Of a stretch of 64,000 nt of DNA, positions 49,079 through 59,229 are shown one piece after another (within the stretch, counting starts at the first letter, position 1; each line of letters starts with the position of its first letter). Under the pieces are notes generated by a model that saw nothing but the letters and a program-made list of their open reading frames with translations, had not been told where the DNA came from and searched no databases. Origin of the DNA: a bacterium (GTDB taxonomy: Bacteria; Zhuqueibacterota; Zhuqueibacteria; Residuimicrobiales; Krinioviventaceae); contig CAXXMD010000003.1 of the NCBI GenBank assembly GCA_963675755.2, forward strand, positions 1,344,001-1,408,000. The letters are read 5' to 3'. The translations under genes were made by a program, and so were the position numbers.

Positions 49079-52000
49079 TTATTTCACAAACAACATTTTA
49101 CCAAACTCTTTATAATCATTTGCTGTTAACCTGTAAAAATAAATACCGGATGCCAATCCCTCACCATTAAACCGAACCTGGTGAACACCCGCCTGAACTT
49201 GTCCATCAATCAAGGTCCGTACCAGACGACCTGTAACATCATACACTTTTAGCTCAACATGTCCCTTTTGTGGTATTTGAAATGACAGCATAGTTTCAGG
49301 ATTAAAGGGATTGGGATAATTGGGAAACAATCGATAATCCATTGTTACCGGTTCGTTTTCACTAATCGCATTCACATCACGATGGTCCATTGCTAAAATT
49401 ATATCATAAGTAGCTACAAACAATCGATGGTCCGCCAGCGCCGGTTGCGTGAATCGCATCATGCCTCCTTCCTGCGAACAAAACAAACTGTCTCCTGTGT
49501 TTACATCAAATGCCCACAACTCGTCATTAATAACATATACAACATCATTGGCAATGAGAGGTTCAGTCAACCTCCAGTCCGGGAAATCATAATGCCAAAG
49601 CAAACTGCCGTCTGTTTTATCAAAGGTGCGCAATTCCGCAACCGTATCTGAATTACCACCAATTGCAAGACAGATATGTGAATTGTCAACTGCAATGTGA
49701 TTTGTATATCCGCTGACCATATCCATATCATCAATAAACGTAGACCAGATTATACTGCCATCCGATTTATTACGCGATATCAGAGAATCATTGTGGAATG
49801 TATACATAAAGTAATCATCCAAAACCAGGGGACCATTATAATGCAAGTTTGTCAATTCCCATTTCAAAGTGCCATTAACTTTATCAAAACATAATATTTT
49901 TCGTCCTGTATTATAATAAACAAAATCATCATCCACAACCGGTGTCATTTGCCTGGTAATATACTCATTATCATGAGACCATAACGTTTCACCGTTTTCC
50001 AAATCGAGACAATAAAGCGAATCACTACAGATAAATACCCGACCATCATCTATAACCGGATTTTGCAAATGTAACGGACCCAAAGGTTTTAACCAGAGTT
50101 CTTCACCCGTATGCAGGTCCAGACCATATAATCCCTGTGCGTGTTGTGCGCCAAATACGACTATATTCCCATCCGTTGCCGGAATACAGTCCAGGGCACT
50201 TGTTGAACCCGGAGGTTCAAAACTCCACAAAATCTCACGGGTATTTATATCAAAGATTGTAAATTTGACCGGATCATTAGAATAGCCTACAATGAGATAG
50301 TCCCCAAACGTTTTCAAAACTTCCACACCATACTCGGCATCCGCAAAATATTCAACAGCATTCAGGGGCGGATACAAGACATCTTCATCTTTTAACCAAT
50401 TATTGCCCAGTGGATTTCCATGCACCATGGGCCAGTCATATTGTTTGATAGTATCTTTATGTGTTGCAAGGGTAATGGTGCCCAATGGCAGGGCAGAATC
50501 CCACAAACAATTCATTGGCCACTCACCACTGTTGCCGTATCCATTGCCATAAAAGGTACCGGGATCTTCAATCCAGATTGCTGCTTTTATATCATCGCCT
50601 GCTGATGCTTTGAGCGCACTGGATTTCAAGCTGATACGTGCTTCATACCAGATATGACCATCATTATCTTCTACTGCGAATTCTATATTATCATCAATTT
50701 TCGGAACACCAAAATGCATCCCGTCCGGGTATTCCCCCAGAAACGGGGTAAACTGGGTAGAAGCATTGGTTAAACGGATCATACCCTCTTCAAGAGATAG
50801 AGAGGATTCCCAGCGGCCGTCACCATTTTCATCAAACAGCAATCCCAATGCGTTTCCGGGATCAAGCATAAAATCATTGGCATCATAAGCTGCCAGATAT
50901 AGGTTGTCATCATCATTCATAACGATCAGTACAACCATATCCTGTGCATCTGGATTTTTGATATTCATGGGAATTGCGCCTTTCCACTCTTCCAAATCAT
51001 AATCCGGAATACCATTGATGTTGGGAACCGTACTTGCCCACTGTGAACGAATCTTGTGCCCGCCGGCTTGCGGCTTGACCGTATCAGGTAATATAATAGC
51101 AGGTGCACCACTGCCATCCATTTCAATGGAATAGAGATATTCCTGCCCATTTTCTGCCGTGGTATCGATATAATCCAGCATCATGTTGGGTAAAATACGC
51201 GTTGAGGGATCAACCGTTGCTATCATCTCAGGTCCAGATATGCCGGGCAGCATACGATATATATTATATTTTTCAACATCCTGATAGCCATAAGGCGGTT
51301 CCCAGGATATGGGGACCATGCTGTCAAATCCTGAACCAAAAGTCATACGCATGGGGATTTTTTCACCATTCCAATCAGCAAAAACATCCAATTCATCAAC
51401 CGTTCCATCCTGCCAGACATATAATGAATTCTTTAAATGGGAAAGTGCAAGATCAAAATAAAAATAGCCTCCATCAAAATCACAAACATGATATGGATTT
51501 GGAGAAAATGCCATATCCGGAGCGTAATTATCAGAATACAGTCCCCATTCGCCATCTTTGAATCCCAACCAAAGGAGCTCAAACACATTCCATTCCGGAT
51601 GAGCTGCAATTCGCGATAAACTGACAAAATTATATTCATCCAGTGTCGAAATACGTTCCGGGCCTATCAAGCGGTTGGCATTAGCATCATAAACGCTGAT
51701 ATACGCCTCACGTCCCGGATCTTCGCTTCCCGAGGTCCAGGTTATACCGAAACGTCCATCAGCCAATACCGCTACATCAGGTGACCAGCAATCTAACGAA
51801 CTGTCAAGATGTGTGCTGACAACAAATTCTGAAGAAACGGGCGTTCCTTCTTTATCAAAAATTCGTGCATAAATTTCACCTGATCCTTCTGCACTGTGTT
51901 GCCAAACAATACAGAAATTACCGGAATCGGAAATCGCAATTCGGGATTGTATCTGGAGATATTGGGTAGATTGGTTGACCAGAAAATTTTCACCAATGGG

Positions 52001-52537
52001 TTCTCTGTCCGAACTGAATCGTTGCGCGTAAACATCAAAATTTTCTCCGTTTCGGGCATCAGACCATGATATTACAAAACTCCCATCCTTTGCAAAATCC
52101 ACAACCGGAAACATTTGTGTATATTCTGTGTCGTCATCATTGATTCGTATGTTTTCCCCTACCGGCGTTCCATTTGCAGTATAATATTGGTAATAAACAT
52201 CTACATTTCCACTGCGTTTATCATTCCAGGTAATCACAAAATGGCCCTGATTACTCATTTCAACAAAGGAATACATTGCGCTGGAATCTGAAACATCGTT
52301 CACCATTCGGTTCACACCATTCATTGCCCCTTTGCGGCCAAACAATTGAAAATAGATATCCAATCCCTCATTCCGTCCATCTTGCCAGCAAATGACCGTA
52401 GGTCCATTGGGATGCATTGCAATAGCAGGCAGCTCTTGATTGCTGGTTCCAAAATTATCATTGATTTTGATTGCATCAGATTGTACCAAACTGATCAGGG
52501 TTGTTAATATTAACAAAACAATAATACGGCATTTCAT
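49079..52537 (-). CDS. Large secreted multidomain protein: N-terminal propeller-like repeats, CBM9/DOMON-like region, PQQ-like beta-propeller, C-terminal T9SS-like sorting domain
   Basis: Signal MKCRIIVLL with GGAG RBS; repeated 'P..A....G.FVI.W.D.R.G..D.Y.Q'; 'PNINGI...EW...MNDDDNLYLA'; 'D..TG...W' blades; 'NYPNPFNP...LASGIYFYRL'. Confidence 0.8.
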   Translation of the reverse strand: MKCRIIVLLILTTLISLVQSDAIKINDNFGTSNQELPAIAMHPNGPTVICWQDGRNEGLDIYFQLFGRKGAMNGVNRMVNDVSDSSAMYSFVEMSNQGHFVITWNDKRSGNVDVYYQYYTANGTPVGENIRINDDDTEYTQMFPVVDFAKDGSFVISWSDARNGENFDVYAQRFSSDREPIGENFLVNQSTQYLQIQSRIAISDSGNFCIVWQHSAEGSGEIYARIFDKEGTPVSSEFVVSTHLDSSLDCWSPDVAVLADGRFGITWTSGSEDPGREAYISVYDANANRLIGPERISTLDEYNFVSLSRIAAHPEWNVFELLWLGFKDGEWGLYSDNYAPDMAFSPNPYHVCDFDGGYFYFDLALSHLKNSLYVWQDGTVDELDVFADWNGEKIPMRMTFGSGFDSMVPISWEPPYGYQDVEKYNIYRMLPGISGPEMIATVDPSTRILPNMMLDYIDTTAENGQEYLYSIEMDGSGAPAIILPDTVKPQAGGHKIRSQWASTVPNINGIPDYDLEEWKGAIPMNIKNPDAQDMVVLIVMNDDDNLYLAAYDANDFMLDPGNALGLLFDENGDGRWESSLSLEEGMIRLTNASTQFTPFLGEYPDGMHFGVPKIDDNIEFAVEDNDGHIWYEARISLKSSALKASAGDDIKAAIWIEDPGTFYGNGYGNSGEWPMNCLWDSALPLGTITLATHKDTIKQYDWPMVHGNPLGNNWLKDEDVLYPPLNAVEYFADAEYGVEVLKTFGDYLIVGYSNDPVKFTIFDINTREILWSFEPPGSTSALDCIPATDGNIVVFGAQHAQGLYGLDLHTGEELWLKPLGPLHLQNPVIDDGRVFICSDSLYCLDLENGETLWSHDNEYITRQMTPVVDDDFVYYNTGRKILCFDKVNGTLKWELTNLHYNGPLVLDDYFMYTFHNDSLISRNKSDGSIIWSTFIDDMDMVSGYTNHIAVDNSHICLAIGGNSDTVAELRTFDKTDGSLLWHYDFPDWRLTEPLIANDVVYVINDELWAFDVNTGDSLFCSQEGGMMRFTQPALADHRLFVATYDIILAMDHRDVNAISENEPVTMDYRLFPNYPNPFNPETMLSFQIPQKGHVELKVYDVTGRLVRTLIDGQVQAGVHQVRFNGEGLASGIYFYRLTANDYKEFGKMLFVK

Positions 52538-52737
52538 CTTGCCCTCCAAAAAAAGATGATCTTGCAACAAACCAGAACAATACCGAAATCCCGAACTGAA
52601 TGGCCCCTGTAGAAATTCATCACTGGTATATCTGTATTATACATGCAATACCATTAAAACGCAAGTATGAAATACATTACCCATATTAAAAAATCATTAA
52701 CCTATCCCCAATTTACTCATCTTACAGAACAATCATG

Positions 52738-52833
52738 GGTTCCAGGCAGAGCCTGGAACCAAGTTGCAGAGCATTATTTGATTTTGCTTGCAATAATATT
52801 TATTACTCGTACCATGGCTCTGCCTTGGGACAA
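52738..52833. repeat. Inverted pair of REP-like palindromes
   Basis: ggttccaggc-aga-gcctggaacc-aag (52738-52763) and degenerate reverse copy ctcgtaccatggc-tct-gccttgggacaa (52806-52833); same geometry as hairpin 1 of the 135-bp repeat. Confidence 0.6.
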
Positions 52834-52923
52834 TAGATTTTACAAAAATAAATGTGTTTGATCTGTAATTTTCGATACAAGGTTGGCATTTATACGGTAA
52901 AGCAGCCTGAAGCATCAACAGGA

Positions 52924-54681
52924 TTAAAACTCGTTCACGATTCCCACGTGCAGCATACCGCTGAACAATCCATCGGTTTCACCTCTGCCCAGACCATAAT
53001 CAATCCCCATGATTCCCAAACCCGTCTCAAGCCTGAACCCAAACCCGTAACCGATTTTATAATCCTCATTCACGCCGGACTGGGTCTCGCTGTAGTAATA
53101 ACCGGTATCCAGAAACAAAAACGCCCAAGAACGTCGCCCCATAATATAACGATATTCCAGATTACTCCAGGCAATCCCAGACCCCCTGAACTGGTCTTCC
53201 CGAAAACCACGCAACGAACGTGTGCCACCCAGTCGGTACTGATCAGATACCGGAATGTATTTTTCATTGCTGCGAACCTGACGTCCATGCAGAGTGACCG
53301 CCAGCACCTGACGCTTGAACAAAAGCTGATAATATTCAACATCCAGAGAAAGTCGCTTGTTGTTCACATCCTCACGCAGCTCGAGACTTTCCATCAAATC
53401 CTGCGGACCCAGGTTGGTCTTGACACCGGACTCTATTTCGGTTTCATAATACACCCCATTTTGCGGATTAATGCGATCATCACGGGTATCGTATGTCAAA
53501 CCTATAGCGGCATTAAGAGTACGGCTTTTGGGAATGCCCAGTAAATAACTACCCAGCGAATCGGGACTAATCTCGTTGCGCGACACGGAACCAATAGCGG
53601 TAAAATTATCATAAATGGGAAAAGAAAAGTCAACAGACAGGTCCCGCTGAATGTAGGTGCTGTCTTGAATCAACTGTTCAAATCCAAATCCTATGGCCAA
53701 TGGCCAGCCCGCCACCCAGGGCTCACGGTAATGCAAGCTCAAGTCCTGAGATTCACGGTCCCGCTTTTGCCAGTGAATAGACAATGCGCGACCAGTGCCA
53801 AACAGGTTACCCAGTGCAATATCCACCAGGCCGGTCAAATAGCCGCCTTCTTCATCGGTACCGGGATTGTATCCCAGCACACCATCAAACTTGCTTGCAT
53901 TCCCCTCTTTTACCTCGATCAACAGTCCGCCTTCATTCCCGGAAGTCCAGAACACCTGCGGTTCTTCAACCTGTTCAAAAAACCCGGATTTCATTAAACG
54001 CTGTTTGATCTGAGAAACCTTGTTATAATCATACAACTGGTCGGGTTTGATTTTAATAGTACGCAAGATGACATAATCTTTGGTTAAATCATTACCCAGA
54101 ATGGTGATCTCTTTGACAATCAACTGTGGCCCCAAACTGGTTTTCCATGTCAGACCGATTGAGGATTGGGACGAATCCAGTTCCATTGCATAGAGATCAA
54201 AGCGGCTAAAGGGGTGGCCTTGTTTTTCCAGGCGAGTAAGGGCGTCATCCAGATCCCGTTCAATAAGGCCCGTATCTAATATTCTACCGGTACGATAATC
54301 AAAACGCTGCTTGATCTGAGCGGCTCTCAGGCTGTCTACACCCACAAGATTGATTTCTCCGCCATGAACCATCTCGCCTTCGGTAATATAAATATCTACC
54401 TGTGCGGAAGAACTGTCCTCTGAAATGATGTACAATAGCGAATCCATGCGTGTAAACGGCATACCCGCGTCACTATACCCCTGCAGCAGCTTGGTGATGT
54501 TTGAGCGGATAGCGGTTATATCAAATACTGAATTGTCCTTCATGTCGAGCCATTCCCGCGCCTGTTTTTCCGATACCTGTTCAACACCATGAAAATTAAT
54601 TTCACTTATAACTGGTTTGGCATCCAGTCCGCAAAAGACCATCAATTGAATCAAAAATATATGTACCAGAATCTTTTTCAT
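52924..54681 (-). CDS. Omp85 (BamA/TamA-family) outer-membrane protein with POTRA domains
   Basis: POTRA 'ISEINFHG', 'ITILGNDLTKDYVILR', 'NLFGTG', 'YREPW', 'YDTRDDRINP..G', 'LGGTRSLRGF', C-terminal Phe. Confidence 0.9.
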   Translation of the reverse strand: MKKILVHIFLIQLMVFCGLDAKPVISEINFHGVEQVSEKQAREWLDMKDNSVFDITAIRSNITKLLQGYSDAGMPFTRMDSLLYIISEDSSSAQVDIYITEGEMVHGGEINLVGVDSLRAAQIKQRFDYRTGRILDTGLIERDLDDALTRLEKQGHPFSRFDLYAMELDSSQSSIGLTWKTSLGPQLIVKEITILGNDLTKDYVILRTIKIKPDQLYDYNKVSQIKQRLMKSGFFEQVEEPQVFWTSGNEGGLLIEVKEGNASKFDGVLGYNPGTDEEGGYLTGLVDIALGNLFGTGRALSIHWQKRDRESQDLSLHYREPWVAGWPLAIGFGFEQLIQDSTYIQRDLSVDFSFPIYDNFTAIGSVSRNEISPDSLGSYLLGIPKSRTLNAAIGLTYDTRDDRINPQNGVYYETEIESGVKTNLGPQDLMESLELREDVNNKRLSLDVEYYQLLFKRQVLAVTLHGRQVRSNEKYIPVSDQYRLGGTRSLRGFREDQFRGSGIAWSNLEYRYIMGRRSWAFLFLDTGYYYSETQSGVNEDYKIGYGFGFRLETGLGIMGIDYGLGRGETDGLFSGMLHVGIVNEF

Positions 54682-54723
54682 TTTCTTTTGAATTATATTT
54701 CTCAATTTTATTATTTCATTTTA

Positions 54724-54788
54724 ACCTCCGTGTTCTCTATATCTCTGTGGTGAAATAAAACCAGAGGTACAAAGGACACAGAGAAAAT
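54724..54788. repeat. 9-nt-period family B, two arms in opposite orientation
   Basis: ctccgtgtt-ctctatat-ctctgtggt-gaa followed by accagaggt-acaaaggac-acagagaaa. Confidence 0.6.
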
Positions 54789-54860
54789 CAATTTGAATAA
54801 ACTATATTAAAATCCAATTTTTACAATTCTTAAACATCTCTAATCTTTATTCCAAACTAA

Positions 54861-57800
54861 CTATTTGAACGCTGCTGTGACCTGTGCCCGTCCGGTATGG
54901 ATGGTACGGTCACGTTCCGGTTCGTTTCGTCCGCTATATGAAAACGTTGCGCGGATGGTATCTGAAATACGATAATCAAAACGCATATCCCAGCGTAAAG
55001 ACTGGCCCAAACTGCGACCGCTTGCCATTTCATAGGGAATCACCCGGTCTTCAGGCTCGGCTTTAACATTGCTCCACTCCAGCTCAGCAGTCAATCGCCC
55101 CTTTTGACGTAATGAGTAATTCACCCGCGGAACCAGTGCAATTGCCTGCAGTTGGGTTGGCTCGTCATAATAGCGGTCCTCTTCCAAAGAAAATCGTGCT
55201 TCCAACGCCAGTTCAAGCGGGGATGTGGGCCGGTATGACACATCCGTTTTAATGGATTTGGCATAAATATCCCGGTCCTGCCTGCCGCTAAAATTGAAAA
55301 TACGCGCGGTCTGCCCACTGGACAATTCAGATTGCGAACTCCACTTGTCCGCCAGTCGAGCTGTAATTCGAAGAATGCGCTCCTGCTCTATACGGTCCTG
55401 GCCGCCTTCCAAATACTGGTTATTTTTTTCATCACGGGACCGGTATCTGAACCGCAATGAAAAATCACGATCATTTTCAAACAAGTACAAATCCTGTCTG
55501 AATTGCAAATTTCCGAATATCGTAGTGGCTTCCTGACGATATTTTGAAAAATCCATTAAATAGATTCCCCAAACATCCTCTTCCTGAGATTTTTCATCAA
55601 TAACCACATACGATTCTGAGGAAAGCGCAGATACCGCCCGTTTCCAGAACGGTTGTTTTTTTGAAGACGCTGGCTTAAACACTCTACGCGGTTCAAATCG
55701 TAACCGTGAACTGGATTTCAATTCAACCACCGGCAAAAAATCATCGGTTGTAAGAATTCGTAAAATATGATCTCCCAGGGGATCGCTGACATATTCATTC
55801 AAATCTTCATCAAAGCGATAATTACCATCTCCCTCGGTAACCTCAATATAGACACGTTCTTTTTTGGCTGTAGCCGTGTTGGAGATCTGGTAATTCATGT
55901 CTGCGCTAATGGCCCGCTTCCAGGGATGGAACCCCATACGCAGTTCGGCCAGGTCTGTATTTACATTGCTCACTTGCGGATCGGCATATATACGCTCACG
56001 GTGGGTAAAGTCAAGACTGGCATTAAATGACTTTATGTTCTGTAACCGCATCTGGTAATTCTGGGTATTTGCTTCTGATTTTTTTTCAAAATTCCCGGGA
56101 CCGTCATAATCGCTGTCCTGCCGATTCGACATCTGGGCCATTACGGATAGTTTCTGAAAAGGATTAAACTCGACACCACCGGTAACGTCGTCAAACTTGA
56201 ATCCGGTATATAAAGAATCAGACCAGTTTTCCCGCTTTTCTTCACCCTCATATTTTGAAAAAGGCCGAATAGACCACAAAGACCATGACACATTGCCCTT
56301 GCTACGCCACCAGTCTCCTGATTGACGGGTGTTGTCGTTCTCGGTATTAATCTGTTCTATTTTGACAGAGTATTCCGGCAGGGCTTTTCGCTTTAAACTG
56401 CTTTCCGCCTGCCAGCGTTCTGACCTGAATAGCTCTTTACGCGTACTGCCATAAGATCCACCCACCGCAAGACCGGTCACAGGTATATATTGGCCGGTGA
56501 GTTCACGAGTATCCTCTCCACGCTGCGCATCATCGGGCAGGTCCCACTTGCGGTTATATTCAATCTCGGTCGTTCTGTCAATATCGCTGAATCCATTATT
56601 AATCTTTCGCCATGAACCGGTCAGCTCCATTTTGCCCAGATTCTTGCCAAACATTCGCATCTTTTCCGGCACCAATCCAATCGACCAGTTCTGGGCCAAA
56701 CCATCATTATCATCATCATCAATATCCGAATAGGTATTTTCATCCCGCCCACTCATGGCAATTTCACCACGCAGTTTCAGGAACGAAACCGGCTGCATCA
56801 GCAGATCAAAGTCGAGCAGATTGTGGCTCTGGGCCTGCGGAAGTACCACAACAGGATCGTAACGCGCTTCATTTTCACCCACATACTCAAATATACCAGA
56901 CCCTTTATATTGATACGCGCCATTGCCACTGCCTACATCGGAAAAAGATACCTGGTAATCTCCCGAATCTGCACCCACATAAACAAAAATACCCTGATCG
57001 TCTTTAATATAGCGCCCTTCTCCCGGACCGATATACGATGCCCCGTCAATAGCCGCAAGTTCAGATTCGTCTCCCGATGCCTGAAGCACAGACAGCTTGT
57101 CATCCGTAAGTGTAAAATCAAGGGGATTGTTCTTGTCGTCTGCTTCACGCAAAAACGTGGTTGTTAAAGAAATGCGCCCATCCAGAAATTGGGCCTTGCC
57201 TTCTGCGGAATAAAGATTGCGTCTGAATTTTTCATCAGAATATTGAAAATCTATGGTTACACGAGAATCAGATGTGATAAGACGTTTTCGGGTAAACGTA
57301 ATCTGTGCGGCAGCATAATCAATGATATAATCGTTGGTCTCTCCGCGTACCATCTGTTCACCATCAATATAAACCCGTTCCGTTCCCGCCAGAATGATAA
57401 TATCAATCTGTCCCAGATCTCCCTTTAGCTGATAGGGACCCTGGTAGCTTTCCTGACCATTGAACTGCATGGTTGTATAAGTACCTCGCGAAACCGCACC
57501 TGAAACAGATATTTGAAAATCCTCGCTTTCGGCTTTACCCATTGCACCCTGAAGTTTTCGGCTATACCCCGCAAACTGGGTTCCGGAATAATTGAGCTGA
57601 AAATCACCCATGGTTGCGGATAGATGCGGTGCCTTGATCTGTACAAAAACTTTATCAATTTCCTGTAAATTCTGAGTAGTTCCCTCCGGTTGAATGGGGG
57701 TGGTCTGATCCGTAAGTGACGCCACCACTTCTACATTGTCCGCGACTTTGCCATTCACATTTATGTTCAAACTGGAATTGACTTTTAATCCGCGGTTGTT

Positions 57801-58289
57801 GCCCATGGTCACGCCACGGGTTATACTTCCGCTCTTGGTGAGATTGGCAGCATATTCTTCTTCTTCCTCCTGCTCAAGCGATACCTTGTGCCGGTCTGAC
57901 GGTCCTGTGGGCGCGTTAAAAACACGCTGCTTGATTTGACGATGATAATAACTTTTCAACAAAGGTACATACAGCACCTTGTATTTCAAACGAATTGCAA
58001 AAGATTTGCTTATGGAATTCTTGAAACGGACTTCTCCATCGATATAATCCATTTCATAGGCAATGGGCGGTAACAGCTCACCGTTTATGTATATAGACTC
58101 TGAATTGGCAAGAATAAGGCTGTCCGGCAAAAAATAGGGGCCTTTGCGGTCTTCACCCATCAGGGTAATGTCTTTTTCATACAGACTTGTCTGACCCAGT
58201 TTACCGGTGGTTTGTGCAAAAACGGGCAAAGAGAACAAAACCATCAAGAGGCAAAAACGGATCCGTTGGGGGCTGATGAATTCGGACAT
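54861..58289 (-). CDS. Large (1142 aa) putative outer-membrane beta-barrel protein with SprA/Sov-like N-terminal motif
   Basis: Signal peptide; two 'E..YI.GE....Y..DY...(V/I).F' motifs; 'GSITRG', 'PIQPEGTTQ'; long amphipathic beta-strand C-terminal two-thirds ending 'AQVTAAFK'. Confidence 0.7.
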   Translation of the reverse strand: MSEFISPQRIRFCLLMVLFSLPVFAQTTGKLGQTSLYEKDITLMGEDRKGPYFLPDSLILANSESIYINGELLPPIAYEMDYIDGEVRFKNSISKSFAIRLKYKVLYVPLLKSYYHRQIKQRVFNAPTGPSDRHKVSLEQEEEEEYAANLTKSGSITRGVTMGNNRGLKVNSSLNINVNGKVADNVEVVASLTDQTTPIQPEGTTQNLQEIDKVFVQIKAPHLSATMGDFQLNYSGTQFAGYSRKLQGAMGKAESEDFQISVSGAVSRGTYTTMQFNGQESYQGPYQLKGDLGQIDIIILAGTERVYIDGEQMVRGETNDYIIDYAAAQITFTRKRLITSDSRVTIDFQYSDEKFRRNLYSAEGKAQFLDGRISLTTTFLREADDKNNPLDFTLTDDKLSVLQASGDESELAAIDGASYIGPGEGRYIKDDQGIFVYVGADSGDYQVSFSDVGSGNGAYQYKGSGIFEYVGENEARYDPVVVLPQAQSHNLLDFDLLMQPVSFLKLRGEIAMSGRDENTYSDIDDDDNDGLAQNWSIGLVPEKMRMFGKNLGKMELTGSWRKINNGFSDIDRTTEIEYNRKWDLPDDAQRGEDTRELTGQYIPVTGLAVGGSYGSTRKELFRSERWQAESSLKRKALPEYSVKIEQINTENDNTRQSGDWWRSKGNVSWSLWSIRPFSKYEGEEKRENWSDSLYTGFKFDDVTGGVEFNPFQKLSVMAQMSNRQDSDYDGPGNFEKKSEANTQNYQMRLQNIKSFNASLDFTHRERIYADPQVSNVNTDLAELRMGFHPWKRAISADMNYQISNTATAKKERVYIEVTEGDGNYRFDEDLNEYVSDPLGDHILRILTTDDFLPVVELKSSSRLRFEPRRVFKPASSKKQPFWKRAVSALSSESYVVIDEKSQEEDVWGIYLMDFSKYRQEATTIFGNLQFRQDLYLFENDRDFSLRFRYRSRDEKNNQYLEGGQDRIEQERILRITARLADKWSSQSELSSGQTARIFNFSGRQDRDIYAKSIKTDVSYRPTSPLELALEARFSLEEDRYYDEPTQLQAIALVPRVNYSLRQKGRLTAELEWSNVKAEPEDRVIPYEMASGRSLGQSLRWDMRFDYRISDTIRATFSYSGRNEPERDRTIHTGRAQVTAAFK

Positions 58290-58296
58290 GTTTACC

Positions 58297-59229
58297 TTAA
58301 TTGGACGACAGAAAAGTTAATTTGAACAATTGAATACGGTGATTGCCGGTATCGGCAACATAGAGGTAATCACGAAAAAAGCTTACATCACCTGGCTTGT
58401 TGAATGCACCAAAAGCATCTCCACTCGCTCCAAATTTGTATACCATACGGCCCTGGGCATCAAAAAAGAAAAGCTGGTCCTGCTCACTGTCTGCAACAAT
58501 GAGCAAATCCCTGGGGCCGGTGCAGAGCCCTGCAGGAGAAGACAACTGTTCATTACCCATATCATACAGATAATTTCCGTAATCATCATATACTTTAACA
58601 CAGCCGGCTTTCTGGTCAGAAATATAAACTTTATCATTTTGCGAAACATGAATATGGACCGGTGTTTTCAACGCGCCTTCACCCCAGTCAAAATCTCCAA
58701 ACCGGATGATGGGCTCAAACTGGGAATTAAATTTTAACGCGCGCTTATAGTCCCGGTCAATGATAAACAGTTCACCATGCATGTTCATACTTAGAGATAC
58801 GGGAAAAGCAAATCTCAGATTTTCTTCAAGAGCATCATCAGAATAAAGTGAGGAAATCCAGTTTAGATCTTTATCATAGCGTTCAATACGGTTATTTTCC
58901 TGATCTGCAACATAAAGGTCAAGAGCGTTGCCGCTGTCAATATCCATTGGCTGCTGAAACTGCCCGCTCTCCCAGCCGAATCCACCAATATGAGAAACCA
59001 GTTTGCCCATTTCATCAAACTGTTGAATGCGATTATTGCCGGTATCTACCACATACAACCTGCCCATAGGTGAAACATCCAGGCTGGCAGGAGATTCAAA
59101 CTGTCCCGGTGCATCACCCCGTTCTCCAATTGTACGCACAAACTTTAACTGCAATTGGATCTCATTCCCGGGGGCCTGCGCAATCAACAGGGATGAAAAG
59201 AGTAACATATATAAAACAAAATATCTCAT
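58297..59229 (-). CDS. Secreted NHL-repeat beta-propeller protein
   Basis: Signal peptide; repeated 'GQF..P.......LYV.DT.NNRIQ'. Confidence 0.9.
   Translation of the reverse strand: MRYFVLYMLLFSSLLIAQAPGNEIQLQLKFVRTIGERGDAPGQFESPASLDVSPMGRLYVVDTGNNRIQQFDEMGKLVSHIGGFGWESGQFQQPMDIDSGNALDLYVADQENNRIERYDKDLNWISSLYSDDALEENLRFAFPVSLSMNMHGELFIIDRDYKRALKFNSQFEPIIRFGDFDWGEGALKTPVHIHVSQNDKVYISDQKAGCVKVYDDYGNYLYDMGNEQLSSPAGLCTGPRDLLIVADSEQDQLFFFDAQGRMVYKFGASGDAFGAFNKPGDVSFFRDYLYVADTGNHRIQLFKLTFLSSN

Noticed and set aside
52852-53544. 230-aa plus-strand ORF (and similar long antisense ORFs at 15016-15831 and 23471-24190)
   Set aside because: These lie antisense to well-supported genes and have no protein-like motifs.
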